Assembly (NCBI GenBank): GCA_002345965.1
Contig: DDTF01000017.1
Coordinates: forward strand, 106,453-170,452
Length of the DNA stretch: 64,000 bases
Direction of reading: 5' to 3'
Source: Flammeovirgaceae bacterium UBA2371
GTDB taxonomy: Bacteria > Bacteroidota > Bacteroidia > Cytophagales > Cyclobacteriaceae
In this document: positions 18,899 to 28,028 of the stretch, piece by piece
Numbering within the stretch: the stretch's first letter is position 1
Layout: every line of letters begins with the position of its first letter
Program-made: the position numbers and the translations under genes
Notes under the pieces: generated by a model
The model's input: the letters and a program-made list of their open reading frames with translations, nothing else
Database searches by the model: none
What the model was told of the DNA's origin: nothing

Positions 18899-19793
18899 TC
18901 ATAGGTTTCATCTCATCAGGACCAAACCATTTTACATTTTTATCTTTCTTAAACCACGTGAGTTGTCGCTTGGCATATCTCCTGGTGTTGCGCTTTAATA
19001 ATCGCATCGCCTCCTCCAAATCATACTCACCTTCAAAATGTCCAAATAGCTCCTGATATCCTACTGTTTGTAAAGCATTCAATGATTTTCTGGGAAACAA
19101 TTGCTTTGCTTCCTGCAACAGACCTGCCTCCATCATTTGATCAACCCGCTGATTAATGCGATCATAAAGTTGATCACGATCAAGCTCAAGACCTATTTTT
19201 ACGACTTCAAAAGGCAAGGAGTGCTTTGTGTTGTTTCTAAAAGCACTGGCTGGTTTCCCTGTTGACCGGATCAGCTCCAAGGCACGCATCAATCGCTGGG
19301 GGTTTTTTTGGTCTACAGCCTGAAAATACTCCGGGTCTTTTTCACTTACTTGGTCCTGCAACCACCCCAAACCTTTCTGCTGGTATTCTGTAATAATTTC
19401 ACTTCGCAATGCTTCCGGCACCTCAGGCATTTCATCAAACCCTTCCAACACCGCTTTTACATACATGCCCGACCCGCCACACATTACGAGTTGATCATAC
19501 TTTTCAAACAATTGGGAAATCAATGCCAGTGCATCCCGGCCGTATTGCCCTGCATCGTATGCCTGCTCAATGGGCTGAGATCCAATAAAATGGTGTTGCA
19601 CTTCCTCCAATTCCTGAAGCGAAGGTTTGGCAGTTCCGATGGTCATTTCCTGATAAAGTTGCCTGGAATCCGCTGATATGATTTCGGTATGCAGGTATTT
19701 GGCAAGTGCAATGGCTACTTTTGTTTTGCCCACGGCCGTAGGACCAACAATAACAATCAAGCGTTTGTGCGCTAAAAGGGACATGGGGGCCAA
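18876..19793 (-). CDS. miaA: tRNA dimethylallyltransferase
   Basis: 305 aa. P-loop GPTAVGKT plus SADSRQLYQEMTIGTAKP and RRYAKRQLTWF. Confidence 0.92.
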   Translation of the reverse strand: MAPMSLLAHKRLIVIVGPTAVGKTKVAIALAKYLHTEIISADSRQLYQEMTIGTAKPSLQELEEVQHHFIGSQPIEQAYDAGQYGRDALALISQLFEKYDQLVMCGGSGMYVKAVLEGFDEMPEVPEALRSEIITEYQQKGLGWLQDQVSEKDPEYFQAVDQKNPQRLMRALELIRSTGKPASAFRNNTKHSLPFEVVKIGLELDRDQLYDRINQRVDQMMEAGLLQEAKQLFPRKSLNALQTVGYQELFGHFEGEYDLEEAMRLLKRNTRRYAKRQLTWFKKDKNVKWFGPDEMKPMIAYLDEK

Positions 19794-19878
19794 ATTACAA
19801 TCTTTCCTTTTCTAATTTTCCTATGTACCATTTTCAAATTACCTTGCGGCCTGAAATCCACTACATTTAGACCTGCTG

Positions 19879-20157
19879 ATGATTAAGTACACCAACCAAT
19901 TTCTCACCAAACTGGAAGACCTGATTGCGGAGTCTGACTATATTCTGAGATATGAAAAGGGCAACTTCAAATCCGGATATTGCCTCCTGAGAGAGCAAAA
20001 AATCATGATCATAAATAAGTTTTATACCACCGAGGGTAAAATCAACACCCTTTTGGATATTCTTAAGCTGGTTAGCCTGGAAACCACAAGATTTTCGGAA
20101 AAAAGTAAAAAGCTTTACGAAGAGCTTTCTCAAACCGAAATCAAAACAGAAAGCTAG
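19879..20157 (+). CDS. hypothetical small protein
   Basis: 92-aa ORF with ordinary soluble-protein composition, same direction as the downstream genes. The competing antisense ORF 19867..20133 looks less protein-like. Confidence 0.4.
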   Translation: MIKYTNQFLTKLEDLIAESDYILRYEKGNFKSGYCLLREQKIMIINKFYTTEGKINTLLDILKLVSLETTRFSEKSKKLYEELSQTEIKTES

Positions 20158-20215
20158 GCTCTATAATGATCCCACTGCGAAGCATTCATGCGCTGTTAAA
20201 ATTGAGGAAGGCCCA

Positions 20216-20977
20216 ATGAAAGTTACTTTTCTAGGCACCGGAACGTCACAAGGGGTACCCGTAATTGGTTGCGATTGCAAAGTGTGCCAGTCTCTTGACT
20301 ATAGAGATAAACGGCTTCGCTCTTCGGTGCATGTGGAGTTGGATGAACATAGCTTCGTAATTGACACAGGCCCCGATTTCAGGCAGCAAATGCTGAGAGA
20401 GCGCACCCAAAGACTTGATTTCGTTCTTTTTACCCACAGCCATAAAGACCACACTGCAGGGTTGGATGACGTAAGGGCATTTAACTTTAAACAGAACATG
20501 GACATGCCGTTGTTCGGCACCAGGCAGGTGCTCGATCAACTTAAAACAGAATACTATTACGCTTTTCTTGAGAAGAAATATCCGGGCACGCCACAACTTC
20601 AGCTTAACGAAATCAATGACGATCCCTTTGAGGTCAATGGCATTACAATAACACCTCTGCCTGTTACCCATTTGCACATGCCTGTACTTGGATTCAGGAT
20701 CAAAGACTTCAGTTACATTACCGATGCCAACTTTATTCCTGACGGCACTTTCAAAAGATTAAAGGGCACCAAGGTTTTGGTGCTGAACGCACTTCAGAAA
20801 AAATCACACATCTCCCATTTCAACTTGACTGAAGCTGTTGAAATCGCTAAGAAAGTGGGTGCAGAAAAAACCTATTTCACACACATCAGTCATAACCTAG
20901 GATTACATAAGAACGTTAGTGAAGAATTGCCTGAGTCTATTGAACTGGCTCAGGACAGTCTGGTTATTTCCCTATAA
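20216..20977 (+). CDS. MBL-fold metallo-hydrolase (PhnP/RNase Z-like phosphodiesterase subgroup)
   Basis: 253 aa. Has GTGTSQGVP, CxxC (CDCKVC), THSHKDHTAG (HxHxDH) and a late THISH. Confidence 0.8.
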   Translation: MKVTFLGTGTSQGVPVIGCDCKVCQSLDYRDKRLRSSVHVELDEHSFVIDTGPDFRQQMLRERTQRLDFVLFTHSHKDHTAGLDDVRAFNFKQNMDMPLFGTRQVLDQLKTEYYYAFLEKKYPGTPQLQLNEINDDPFEVNGITITPLPVTHLHMPVLGFRIKDFSYITDANFIPDGTFKRLKGTKVLVLNALQKKSHISHFNLTEAVEIAKKVGAEKTYFTHISHNLGLHKNVSEELPESIELAQDSLVISL

Positions 20978-20980
20978 CCT

Positions 20981-22519
20981 GTGCACAACAATTATTATTT
21001 TCTAAAGCAACTTACCGCCAGTCTTCAAAAAAAACTAGTTGGTTTTTCACTTGTCTCTTGCTTTAGCCAAAACAAAGAAGAGCTGATCCTGGAATTCAAC
21101 AACGAAAAAGAATCGTTTTTTATCAAAGCGCATCTCCTTTCTTCGTTCAGCTGTCTCACCTTTCCAAGTCATTTCAGCAGGGCAAAGAAAAACAGTATTG
21201 ATTTATTTGATGAAGTCATTCTAAAAAAATTAAATGGCATAACGCAATACGAAAACGAAAGGAGCTTTGCCCTCGATTTTGACAATGGGTATTCATTGGT
21301 TTTCAAAATGCATGCCAACCGCTCCAATGTGCTGCTGTCGAAAGAAGGAAAGGTCATAGAAATTTTTCGCAACCAATTTAAAGCTGACCTGGAATTGTCT
21401 TTACAAGAACTCCATAGAGCCATAGACTGGAGTTATGCGCATTTCACCCAAAATATTGGCAACCTGAAGCAGACGTACTTCACTTTTGGTAAAGAGATCT
21501 GGCGTTACCTCGAGGAGAATGGATGTGATGAAAACGATACAACCAAGACATGGAAAATGATTCAAGAGGTGATTCTGCTATTAGAAACACCTACGTTTTA
21601 CATCCTGAATAGGAAGGGTCAGATCAAATTCAGTCTGCTGCCCGATGGAGATAGAATCAAATCCTTAAGTGATCCAATTGAGGCAATCAATGAATTTTTC
21701 TATCTGGCCACCAGCACCGATACACTACAAAGAGAAAAAGCGGCCATTCAAAAAAAACTAATGGCCATTATAGATTCCAGTGAAGGCTATATCAGTAAGA
21801 ACCTGAAGAAGTTGGATGAAATCACCATTGATACGCCTTACAAAATCTGGGCGGATGTACTGATGGCCAACATGCATCAGGTGGAAAAAGGTAAGAAAAA
21901 AATCACCTTGTTTGACTTTGATGGAAAAGAGATCACCTTAAAATTAAAACCAGATCTTAACGCCCAGCAAAATGCACAAATCTTCTACCGCAAAGCCAAA
22001 AATCAGGAAATAGAAATAAATAAATTGTCTGAATCTATCCAGCAAAAGCAAAGTGAATTGGATGCAGCCAAAGTGCAACTGACCCAATTGGATGCCATAG
22101 CAACACTCACTGATTTCAAGCAGCAGTTCAAAGAATCAAAAATCAAAGTTTCCAAAAAAGAAGAACCGCTCCCCTTCCACCAGATGGAATACATGGGATA
22201 TAAAATCTGGATTGGTAAAAATGCAGTGAACAACGATTTACTTACCCTGAAATACGCACACAAGGATGACCTGTGGCTGCATGCCAAAGATGTAGCTGGC
22301 TCGCATGTGGTCATTAAAAATCAATCAGGAAAAACCATTCCTAAAGAGGTGATTGAAAGGGCTGCAGAACTTGCCGCCTACAATTCAAAAAGAAAAACGG
22401 AGTCATTGTGCCCTGTAGCGTATACGCAGAAAAAATTTGTAAGAAAAAGAAAAGGAGATCTGCCCGGTACTGTGGTAGTCGAGCGCGAACAGGTGATCAT
22501 GGTAACTCCCAAATTATAA
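20981..22519 (+). CDS. NFACT family protein (FbpA/RqcH-like) with C-terminal NFACT-R/DUF814 domain
   Basis: 512 aa. NFACT-N-like N-terminus (NERSFALDF...HANRSNVLL), a central coiled coil, and a C-terminal LWLHAKDVAGSHVVIKN...AAYNSK DUF814 pattern. GTG start 3 nt after the MBL gene stop. Confidence 0.7.
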   Translation: MHNNYYFLKQLTASLQKKLVGFSLVSCFSQNKEELILEFNNEKESFFIKAHLLSSFSCLTFPSHFSRAKKNSIDLFDEVILKKLNGITQYENERSFALDFDNGYSLVFKMHANRSNVLLSKEGKVIEIFRNQFKADLELSLQELHRAIDWSYAHFTQNIGNLKQTYFTFGKEIWRYLEENGCDENDTTKTWKMIQEVILLLETPTFYILNRKGQIKFSLLPDGDRIKSLSDPIEAINEFFYLATSTDTLQREKAAIQKKLMAIIDSSEGYISKNLKKLDEITIDTPYKIWADVLMANMHQVEKGKKKITLFDFDGKEITLKLKPDLNAQQNAQIFYRKAKNQEIEINKLSESIQQKQSELDAAKVQLTQLDAIATLTDFKQQFKESKIKVSKKEEPLPFHQMEYMGYKIWIGKNAVNNDLLTLKYAHKDDLWLHAKDVAGSHVVIKNQSGKTIPKEVIERAAELAAYNSKRKTESLCPVAYTQKKFVRKRKGDLPGTVVVEREQVIMVTPKL

Positions 22520-23677
22520 TTACTGTGCCACTTTGGTTGCTATATCCCTGAATATTCGGATCCAGGAATCTACCTTACCCATGTCCTTGCCGAAACGTAC
22601 GATAATGGTCTTCTCCTGTGGAGAAATAAAAATAAATTGTCCAAGGTGACCTGTTGCCGCGTACGAAAAGGGATGTTCATCAGTGGCAGGATAAAGCCAC
22701 CAAAAGTTTTTATAATGAACGCCTTCCCATGCTTTCACGCTACCATCCAGGCTGGTACATTGGTTTACCCATTCTTTTGAAATAATCGATTCTCCATTCC
22801 AATCTCCCTGCCTTAGCATAAGGCGACCCAGCTTGGCAAAGTCGATGGCACGACCATTTACGCCACTTTCCATCTTTTCCATTTGCCCTTCTTCACTGTC
22901 AATGCTCCATGAACCCGGAAACTCCATTCCAAGCTTGCTCCAGATTTTGTGTTCAAAATAGTTGGAGACCCTTTCTCCCGTGGTACGCTCCAGTATCATA
23001 CCACAAAGTATGGGGTTGTAGCCCATGTATTGCCAGCGTTCACCAGGTGGCTCATCCAATTTTACATTCAACGCCCTGCTCCTCAAGCAAGGATGGTAAT
23101 AGTTTTTGGGTTTATCTCCCCATACCAAATCATGATCGCGATAGTAAAAGCCCGATTGCATCATCAACAAATTGGTGATTGTGACCTCGATAAGTCCCTT
23201 ATCACTTTCCATAAGTTCTGGAATGTATTGCGTGATGGCATCTTGTGCATTGATCTTTCCCTCATCTATGGCAATACCTACCAACATAGCGGTGATAGAC
23301 TTCGCTACAGAGAAAGAAGTGTTGATCGAAGTTCGGGTATAACCATTACCATATCCTTCATATAAAATAGAATCGTTGCGTATAACAATAAGTGCCGTTG
23401 TTTCCGAATGCGCAACAAAATCTTCAACCGATAGCTGATAAGGTTTTTTCTTATAGTCGTAGGAAATGTTTTTTAACTTTTGGTCCTGCGCTATTGGAAA
23501 GTGAAATACAGGATCAGCATTTGAAATGTCGTGTTTGGGAAACTTTTCATGATCTCTGATGTCAGAAAAATTCCACGCTACCCACCTGCCCAGGTAAGTT
23601 GACGTACAGGAAGGAATGAGCAGAAATACAATTCCTGCTGTAATAATCGCTAGTCCAATTCGGTATATCGTTTTCAT
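22520..23677 (-). CDS. serine hydrolase, beta-lactamase/transpeptidase-like (class C-related)
   Basis: 385 aa. N-terminal membrane anchor or signal, and an SxxK motif in FSVAKSITAMLVG. Confidence 0.8.
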   Translation of the reverse strand: MKTIYRIGLAIITAGIVFLLIPSCTSTYLGRWVAWNFSDIRDHEKFPKHDISNADPVFHFPIAQDQKLKNISYDYKKKPYQLSVEDFVAHSETTALIVIRNDSILYEGYGNGYTRTSINTSFSVAKSITAMLVGIAIDEGKINAQDAITQYIPELMESDKGLIEVTITNLLMMQSGFYYRDHDLVWGDKPKNYYHPCLRSRALNVKLDEPPGERWQYMGYNPILCGMILERTTGERVSNYFEHKIWSKLGMEFPGSWSIDSEEGQMEKMESGVNGRAIDFAKLGRLMLRQGDWNGESIISKEWVNQCTSLDGSVKAWEGVHYKNFWWLYPATDEHPFSYAATGHLGQFIFISPQEKTIIVRFGKDMGKVDSWIRIFRDIATKVAQ

Positions 23678-23802
23678 GACCCAATGAAACGCAAGGTCTG
23701 TTCCAATTCAGTAAAACAGCATTTCTGAACTACAAAGATGGTACGATACTATCCTGTGTTCCAATCTGAGTCAATCTATTGTTCCGAATTGGAACAACTT
23801 TA

Positions 23803-25230
23803 TTACTCTACTACGTTGATCTTCATCATATTGGTGCGATGCTTTTCTTTAATAGGCATACTGGCCAGGCTGATGAAGATGTCTCCTTTCGTTACGTGAC
23901 CATCCTTTTTCAGGATCTCTGCGATGTCGGCAATGGTTTCGTCAGTGGAGGTTTGTTTGTCGTAGTAATATGCGCGAGTTCCCCACACGAGGTTCATGGT
24001 GTTTAGGATGGACTTGTTACCCGTAAAAACAAAAATGTTGGTGTCTGGTCTGTGTGATGACGATTGAAATGCAGTGTATCCTGACGTGGTCATTCCTACG
24101 ATGGCTTTGGCTCCTACATCCTGCGCCAGTTTGCAGGCCGCAAGAATAAGGCTGTCGTGAATAAACACTGGTGATTCCGGATCTACCGGTCTGAACTTAT
24201 AATAAATACTGGCTTGTTTTTCAATTGATGTAATAGTGCGAACCATACTGCGTACCACTTCAAGAGGATACTTTCCTGCTGCCGTCTCGGCAGAAAGCAT
24301 CAATGCATCTGCACCATCCATTACGGCATTGGCTACATCATTGGTTTCCGCGCGTGTGGGCCTTGGATTTTCTATCATGCTCTCCATCATCTGTGTAGCC
24401 ACGATTACAGGTTTGGAAGCTTTATTACACTTTTCAATTAGTTTCTTCTGAACGATAGGAACCTCTTCCATCCAAATCTCCACACCCAAATCGCCACGGG
24501 CTACCATAATGGCATCTGTTTCATCGATAATGGAGTCAATGTCTTCGAGGGCTTCCGGCTTTTCAATCTTGGCCACAATCCGGGCTTTGGAGTTATTTTT
24601 CTCCAGGATTTCTCTCAGGGCAATAATATCTTGCGCTTTTCTTACAAAGGATAGCGCAACCCAGTTCACATTGTTTTTCAATCCAAATTCAAGGTCTTTT
24701 AGGTCCTTTTCAGTGAGAGAAGGTGCCGAGACTTTGGTGTTGGGTAAGTTAATGCCTTTGCGTGATGTGAGCGGACCGCCATAAATTACTTTTGTGACAA
24801 TATCGATGTCTCTCACCTCGATTACTTTCAACTCTATTTTTCCGTCATCGATTAATATTTTTTCACCGGCTTTAACATCTTGTGGCAAGCCTTTGTAGGA
24901 AGTGCTTACGATTTCTCTGTTACCCAGTAATTCTCTGGTGGTGATCACCAGTTCTTGTCCTTGCTCCAGCACCAGGCCTTCCTCTACTTTGTTAACCCTG
25001 ATTTTGGGACCTTGCAAATCCATCAAAATGGCCACGTGTGTTCCCATCTCATCATTGATTTCTCTGATAAGGTCTATTACCACCTGTTTATCCTCATGAT
25101 TGCCATGAGAAAAATTGATACGAAACACATCTACTCCCTCTTTCACGAGGGCTCTCAACATTTCTTTTGAACTTGATGCCGGACCAACGGTGGCTACAAT
25201 TTTGGTTCTGTTATACGCTACTCTTTCCAT
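23803..25230 (-). CDS. pyk: pyruvate kinase
   Basis: 475 aa. Has KIVATVGPAS, FRINFSHG, MVARGDLGVEI and ATQMMESM. Confidence 0.95.
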   Translation of the reverse strand: MERVAYNRTKIVATVGPASSSKEMLRALVKEGVDVFRINFSHGNHEDKQVVIDLIREINDEMGTHVAILMDLQGPKIRVNKVEEGLVLEQGQELVITTRELLGNREIVSTSYKGLPQDVKAGEKILIDDGKIELKVIEVRDIDIVTKVIYGGPLTSRKGINLPNTKVSAPSLTEKDLKDLEFGLKNNVNWVALSFVRKAQDIIALREILEKNNSKARIVAKIEKPEALEDIDSIIDETDAIMVARGDLGVEIWMEEVPIVQKKLIEKCNKASKPVIVATQMMESMIENPRPTRAETNDVANAVMDGADALMLSAETAAGKYPLEVVRSMVRTITSIEKQASIYYKFRPVDPESPVFIHDSLILAACKLAQDVGAKAIVGMTTSGYTAFQSSSHRPDTNIFVFTGNKSILNTMNLVWGTRAYYYDKQTSTDETIADIAEILKKDGHVTKGDIFISLASMPIKEKHRTNMMKINVVE

Positions 25231-25232
25231 GA

Positions 25233-25655
25233 TTAAAAAATAAAATAGTCTTTCGACTTTAAAGTGTCTAAAGGTATGAAAGCCACCAATTCTACAGAAG
25301 AAATACTCCTTAAGTAATCCTGTAAATGATTTATGTCAAATTTATCTGCACCCTGAGAGGACACTACATAATCGATATGAGGAAATTCGGGCACTAAAAG
25401 ATTTTTTGCTGCGTCTGCTTCATTGGGTTTATTCCTTAGAAGCTTCAGCCTATTCAACGGGCTTTCATGCGAAAAGTGGGCATATGTACCCATTATGTTA
25501 TTATTAAATTGAATAATCACATCGGGTTGCTTCACCAACCTAACACCCAATCGGTTATTTATATCCCATGCTAGCTTGTATCCTTTTGCTGAAGAAATCA
25601 CACCTAATAACTCAAAATCATAACTATACTCAATATCCAGCCTTTTTTTCTTCAT
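25233..25655 (-). CDS. IPExxxVDY family protein (function unknown)
   Basis: 140 aa. LLVPEFPHIDYVV matches the family-defining (I/V)PExxxxDY motif. Its stop lies 2 nt before the pyk start. Confidence 0.6.
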   Translation of the reverse strand: MKKKRLDIEYSYDFELLGVISSAKGYKLAWDINNRLGVRLVKQPDVIIQFNNNIMGTYAHFSHESPLNRLKLLRNKPNEADAAKNLLVPEFPHIDYVVSSQGADKFDINHLQDYLRSISSVELVAFIPLDTLKSKDYFIF

Positions 25656-25761
25656 TTGAGTTTCATTTCATCCCACAGCTTTCGAAGTGCAAAAAGTTTG
25701 ACAATATTGCACTAAATCTCTTTATTTGCACAGATTTTTGAATACTCTAAACTTATAAAAC

Positions 25762-26001
25762 ATGTCTGAAATCGCACAAAAAGTAAAACAGATCATTATT
25801 GACAAGCTAGGCGTGGAGGAGTCTGAGGTTACCCCTGAGGCATCTTTTACCAATGACCTCGGTGCTGACTCTTTGGATACAGTTGAGCTTATCATGGAAT
25901 TTGAGAAAGAATTCAATATTTCTATCCCAGATGATCAGGCTGAGAACATTGCCACCGTTGGGCAGGCGATTTCTTACCTTGAGGAGAATGTGAAAAAGTA
26001 A
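25762..26001 (+). CDS. acpP: acyl carrier protein
   Basis: 79 aa. [17 protein letters not shown] carries the phosphopantetheine Ser motif. Confidence 0.95.
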   Translation: MSEIAQKVKQIIIDKLGVEESEVTPEASFTNDLGADSLDTVELIMEFEKEFNISIPDDQAENIATVGQAISYLEENVKK

Positions 26002-26035
26002 TCCCGGTTCGAAATCTCCACCTAATTTTTATTCG

Positions 26036-27286
26036 ATGAGTTTTAGACGCGTAGTAATTACCGGTATTGGTGCATTAACCCCCATTGGAAACACCCGAGA
26101 AGAATATTGGGAAGGTTTAAAAAATGGAAAGAGCGGTGCTGCGCCTATTACCAAGTTTGATGCCTCAAAGTTTAAAACAAAATTCGCATGCGAAGTCAAA
26201 GGGTTTGATGTAGGCAACTTTATCGACAGAAAAGAGGCCCGCAAAATGGACCCGTTCGCCCAGTATGCAATGGTGGTGGCAGATGAAGCCATAAAAGATG
26301 CAAATCTTCCTCTTTCAGACCTCGATCCCGACCGTGTAGGCGTGATTTGGGGTTCAGGAATAGGAGGACTACTTACATTTCAGGAAGAGGTTAAGTCGTT
26401 TGCGGCCGGTGACGGAACGCCCCGATTTAATCCCTTCTTTATCCCCAAAATGATTGCCGATCTTAGTGCCGGTCATATTTCCATTAAATATGGCTTCAGA
26501 GGCCCTAATTTCACTACAGTATCAGCTTGTGCCTCTTCCACAAACTCTATTTATGACGCCTTTACCTATATCCGGCTCGGAAAGTCGGATATAATAGTAA
26601 CTGGAGGATCAGAAATGGCCGTATGTGAAGCAGGTGTAGGCGGATTCAACGCGATGAAAGCCCTTTCTGAGCGCAACGACTCCCCGGAAACAGCCTCAAG
26701 GCCCTATGATAAGGAAAGAGATGGTTTTGTGTTGGGAGAAGGTGCCGGTGGTCTTATTCTGGAAGAATACGAGCACGCCAAAAAGAGAGGTGCCAAAATT
26801 TATGCTGAAGTAATAGGAGGCGGCATGTCTGCCGATGCCTACCACATCACAGCACCCCATCCTGAAGGCGCAGGAATAGTAAAAGTAATGGAACATGCCC
26901 TGGAAGAAGCTGGAATAAAGCCTTCTGAAGTGGATTACATCAACACCCACGGAACCTCTACTCCTCTCGGGGACTTAGGTGAAATCATGGCCATTCAAAA
27001 AGTATTTGGTGAGGACGCCTACAAGCTCAACATCAGCTCTACCAAATCAATGACAGGTCACCTTTTGGGTGCTGCCGGAGCCATTGAGTCCATAGCATGC
27101 CTTATGGCAATCAACGAAGGCATAGTTCCTCCTACCATCAATCATTTTGTAGATGACGATGGATTGGATCCAAAACTCAATCTAACTTTTAACAAAGCGC
27201 AAAAACGAGATGTGAAAGTTGCATTGAGCAATACCTTTGGCTTTGGAGGTCATAATTTCTCTATCATCTTTAAGAAAGTAGAGTAA
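26036..27286 (+). CDS. fabF: beta-ketoacyl-ACP synthase II
   Basis: 416 aa. Has TVSACASS (active-site Cys), YHITAPHP, NTHGTSTPLGD and a C-terminal SNTFGFGGHN. Confidence 0.95.
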   Translation: MSFRRVVITGIGALTPIGNTREEYWEGLKNGKSGAAPITKFDASKFKTKFACEVKGFDVGNFIDRKEARKMDPFAQYAMVVADEAIKDANLPLSDLDPDRVGVIWGSGIGGLLTFQEEVKSFAAGDGTPRFNPFFIPKMIADLSAGHISIKYGFRGPNFTTVSACASSTNSIYDAFTYIRLGKSDIIVTGGSEMAVCEAGVGGFNAMKALSERNDSPETASRPYDKERDGFVLGEGAGGLILEEYEHAKKRGAKIYAEVIGGGMSADAYHITAPHPEGAGIVKVMEHALEEAGIKPSEVDYINTHGTSTPLGDLGEIMAIQKVFGEDAYKLNISSTKSMTGHLLGAAGAIESIACLMAINEGIVPPTINHFVDDDGLDPKLNLTFNKAQKRDVKVALSNTFGFGGHNFSIIFKKVE

Positions 27287-27298
27287 GCACAAAATTCT

Positions 27299-28021
27299 GT
27301 GTGGAGCTTACTTAAATCTACCAAAGAGAGCAAGAAGGAAAATCAAAAACTGGTTGTTGCCATCCGTACAATTGCTGGCTTCACCCCTTCCAATATCGAA
27401 CTGTATAGACTGGCTACGCTGCACAGCTCCAAATCCAAAGAAAAAGACGGATTCAGAGAGTCTAACGAACGACTTGAGTACCTGGGTGATGCCATTCTTG
27501 GCGCGGCCGTAGCCGACTACCTGTTCAAAAAATATCCCTTCAAAGATGAAGGCTTTCTCACGGAGGTTCGCTCACGCATTGTCAACCGCGAAACACTTAA
27601 CCAACTTGCCCGCAAGCTTGGAATTCCGAGTATCGTACAGGCCGATAAAAAAAATACCCAGCTACAGCAAGTGATCCTGGGCAATACCCTGGAGGCCATC
27701 GTGGGCGCCATCTATCTCGACAAGGGTTATTTGCGCTGCAGGAAATTTGTGGTGGACAAGCTCATTCAACCTTACCTCAATATTGAAGAGGTGGTTAACT
27801 CCAACACCAATTTCAAGAGTAAGATCATCGAATGGTCGCAACGCAACAATGCCACCATCCGGTTTGAGGTGGAAAGCTCAAAGAAAGGCAAAGCTGGAAA
27901 AGAATTTATTGCCCAAATATTCATCGGAGAGCAACCTTACGGTCAAGGTTTTGGTTTTACAAAGAAAAAAGCGGAACAGGATGCTGCACAAAAAACCTGT
28001 TTGATGCTGCACCTCGATTAG
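27299..28021 (+). CDS. rnc: ribonuclease III
   Basis: ERLEYLGDAILG RNase III signature, EAIVGAIYLD, and a C-terminal dsRBD (GFGFTKKKAEQDAAQ). The GTG start is uncertain. Confidence 0.9.
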   Translation: MWSLLKSTKESKKENQKLVVAIRTIAGFTPSNIELYRLATLHSSKSKEKDGFRESNERLEYLGDAILGAAVADYLFKKYPFKDEGFLTEVRSRIVNRETLNQLARKLGIPSIVQADKKNTQLQQVILGNTLEAIVGAIYLDKGYLRCRKFVVDKLIQPYLNIEEVVNSNTNFKSKIIEWSQRNNATIRFEVESSKKGKAGKEFIAQIFIGEQPYGQGFGFTKKKAEQDAAQKTCLMLHLD

Positions 28022-28028
28022 CACTGAA

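Noticed and set aside
19867-20133. 88-aa minus-strand ORF overlapping the 92-aa + ORF
   Set aside because: Only one of the two can be real. The + ORF is co-directional with the downstream MBL/NFACT genes and has a more balanced composition. Neither is strongly supported.
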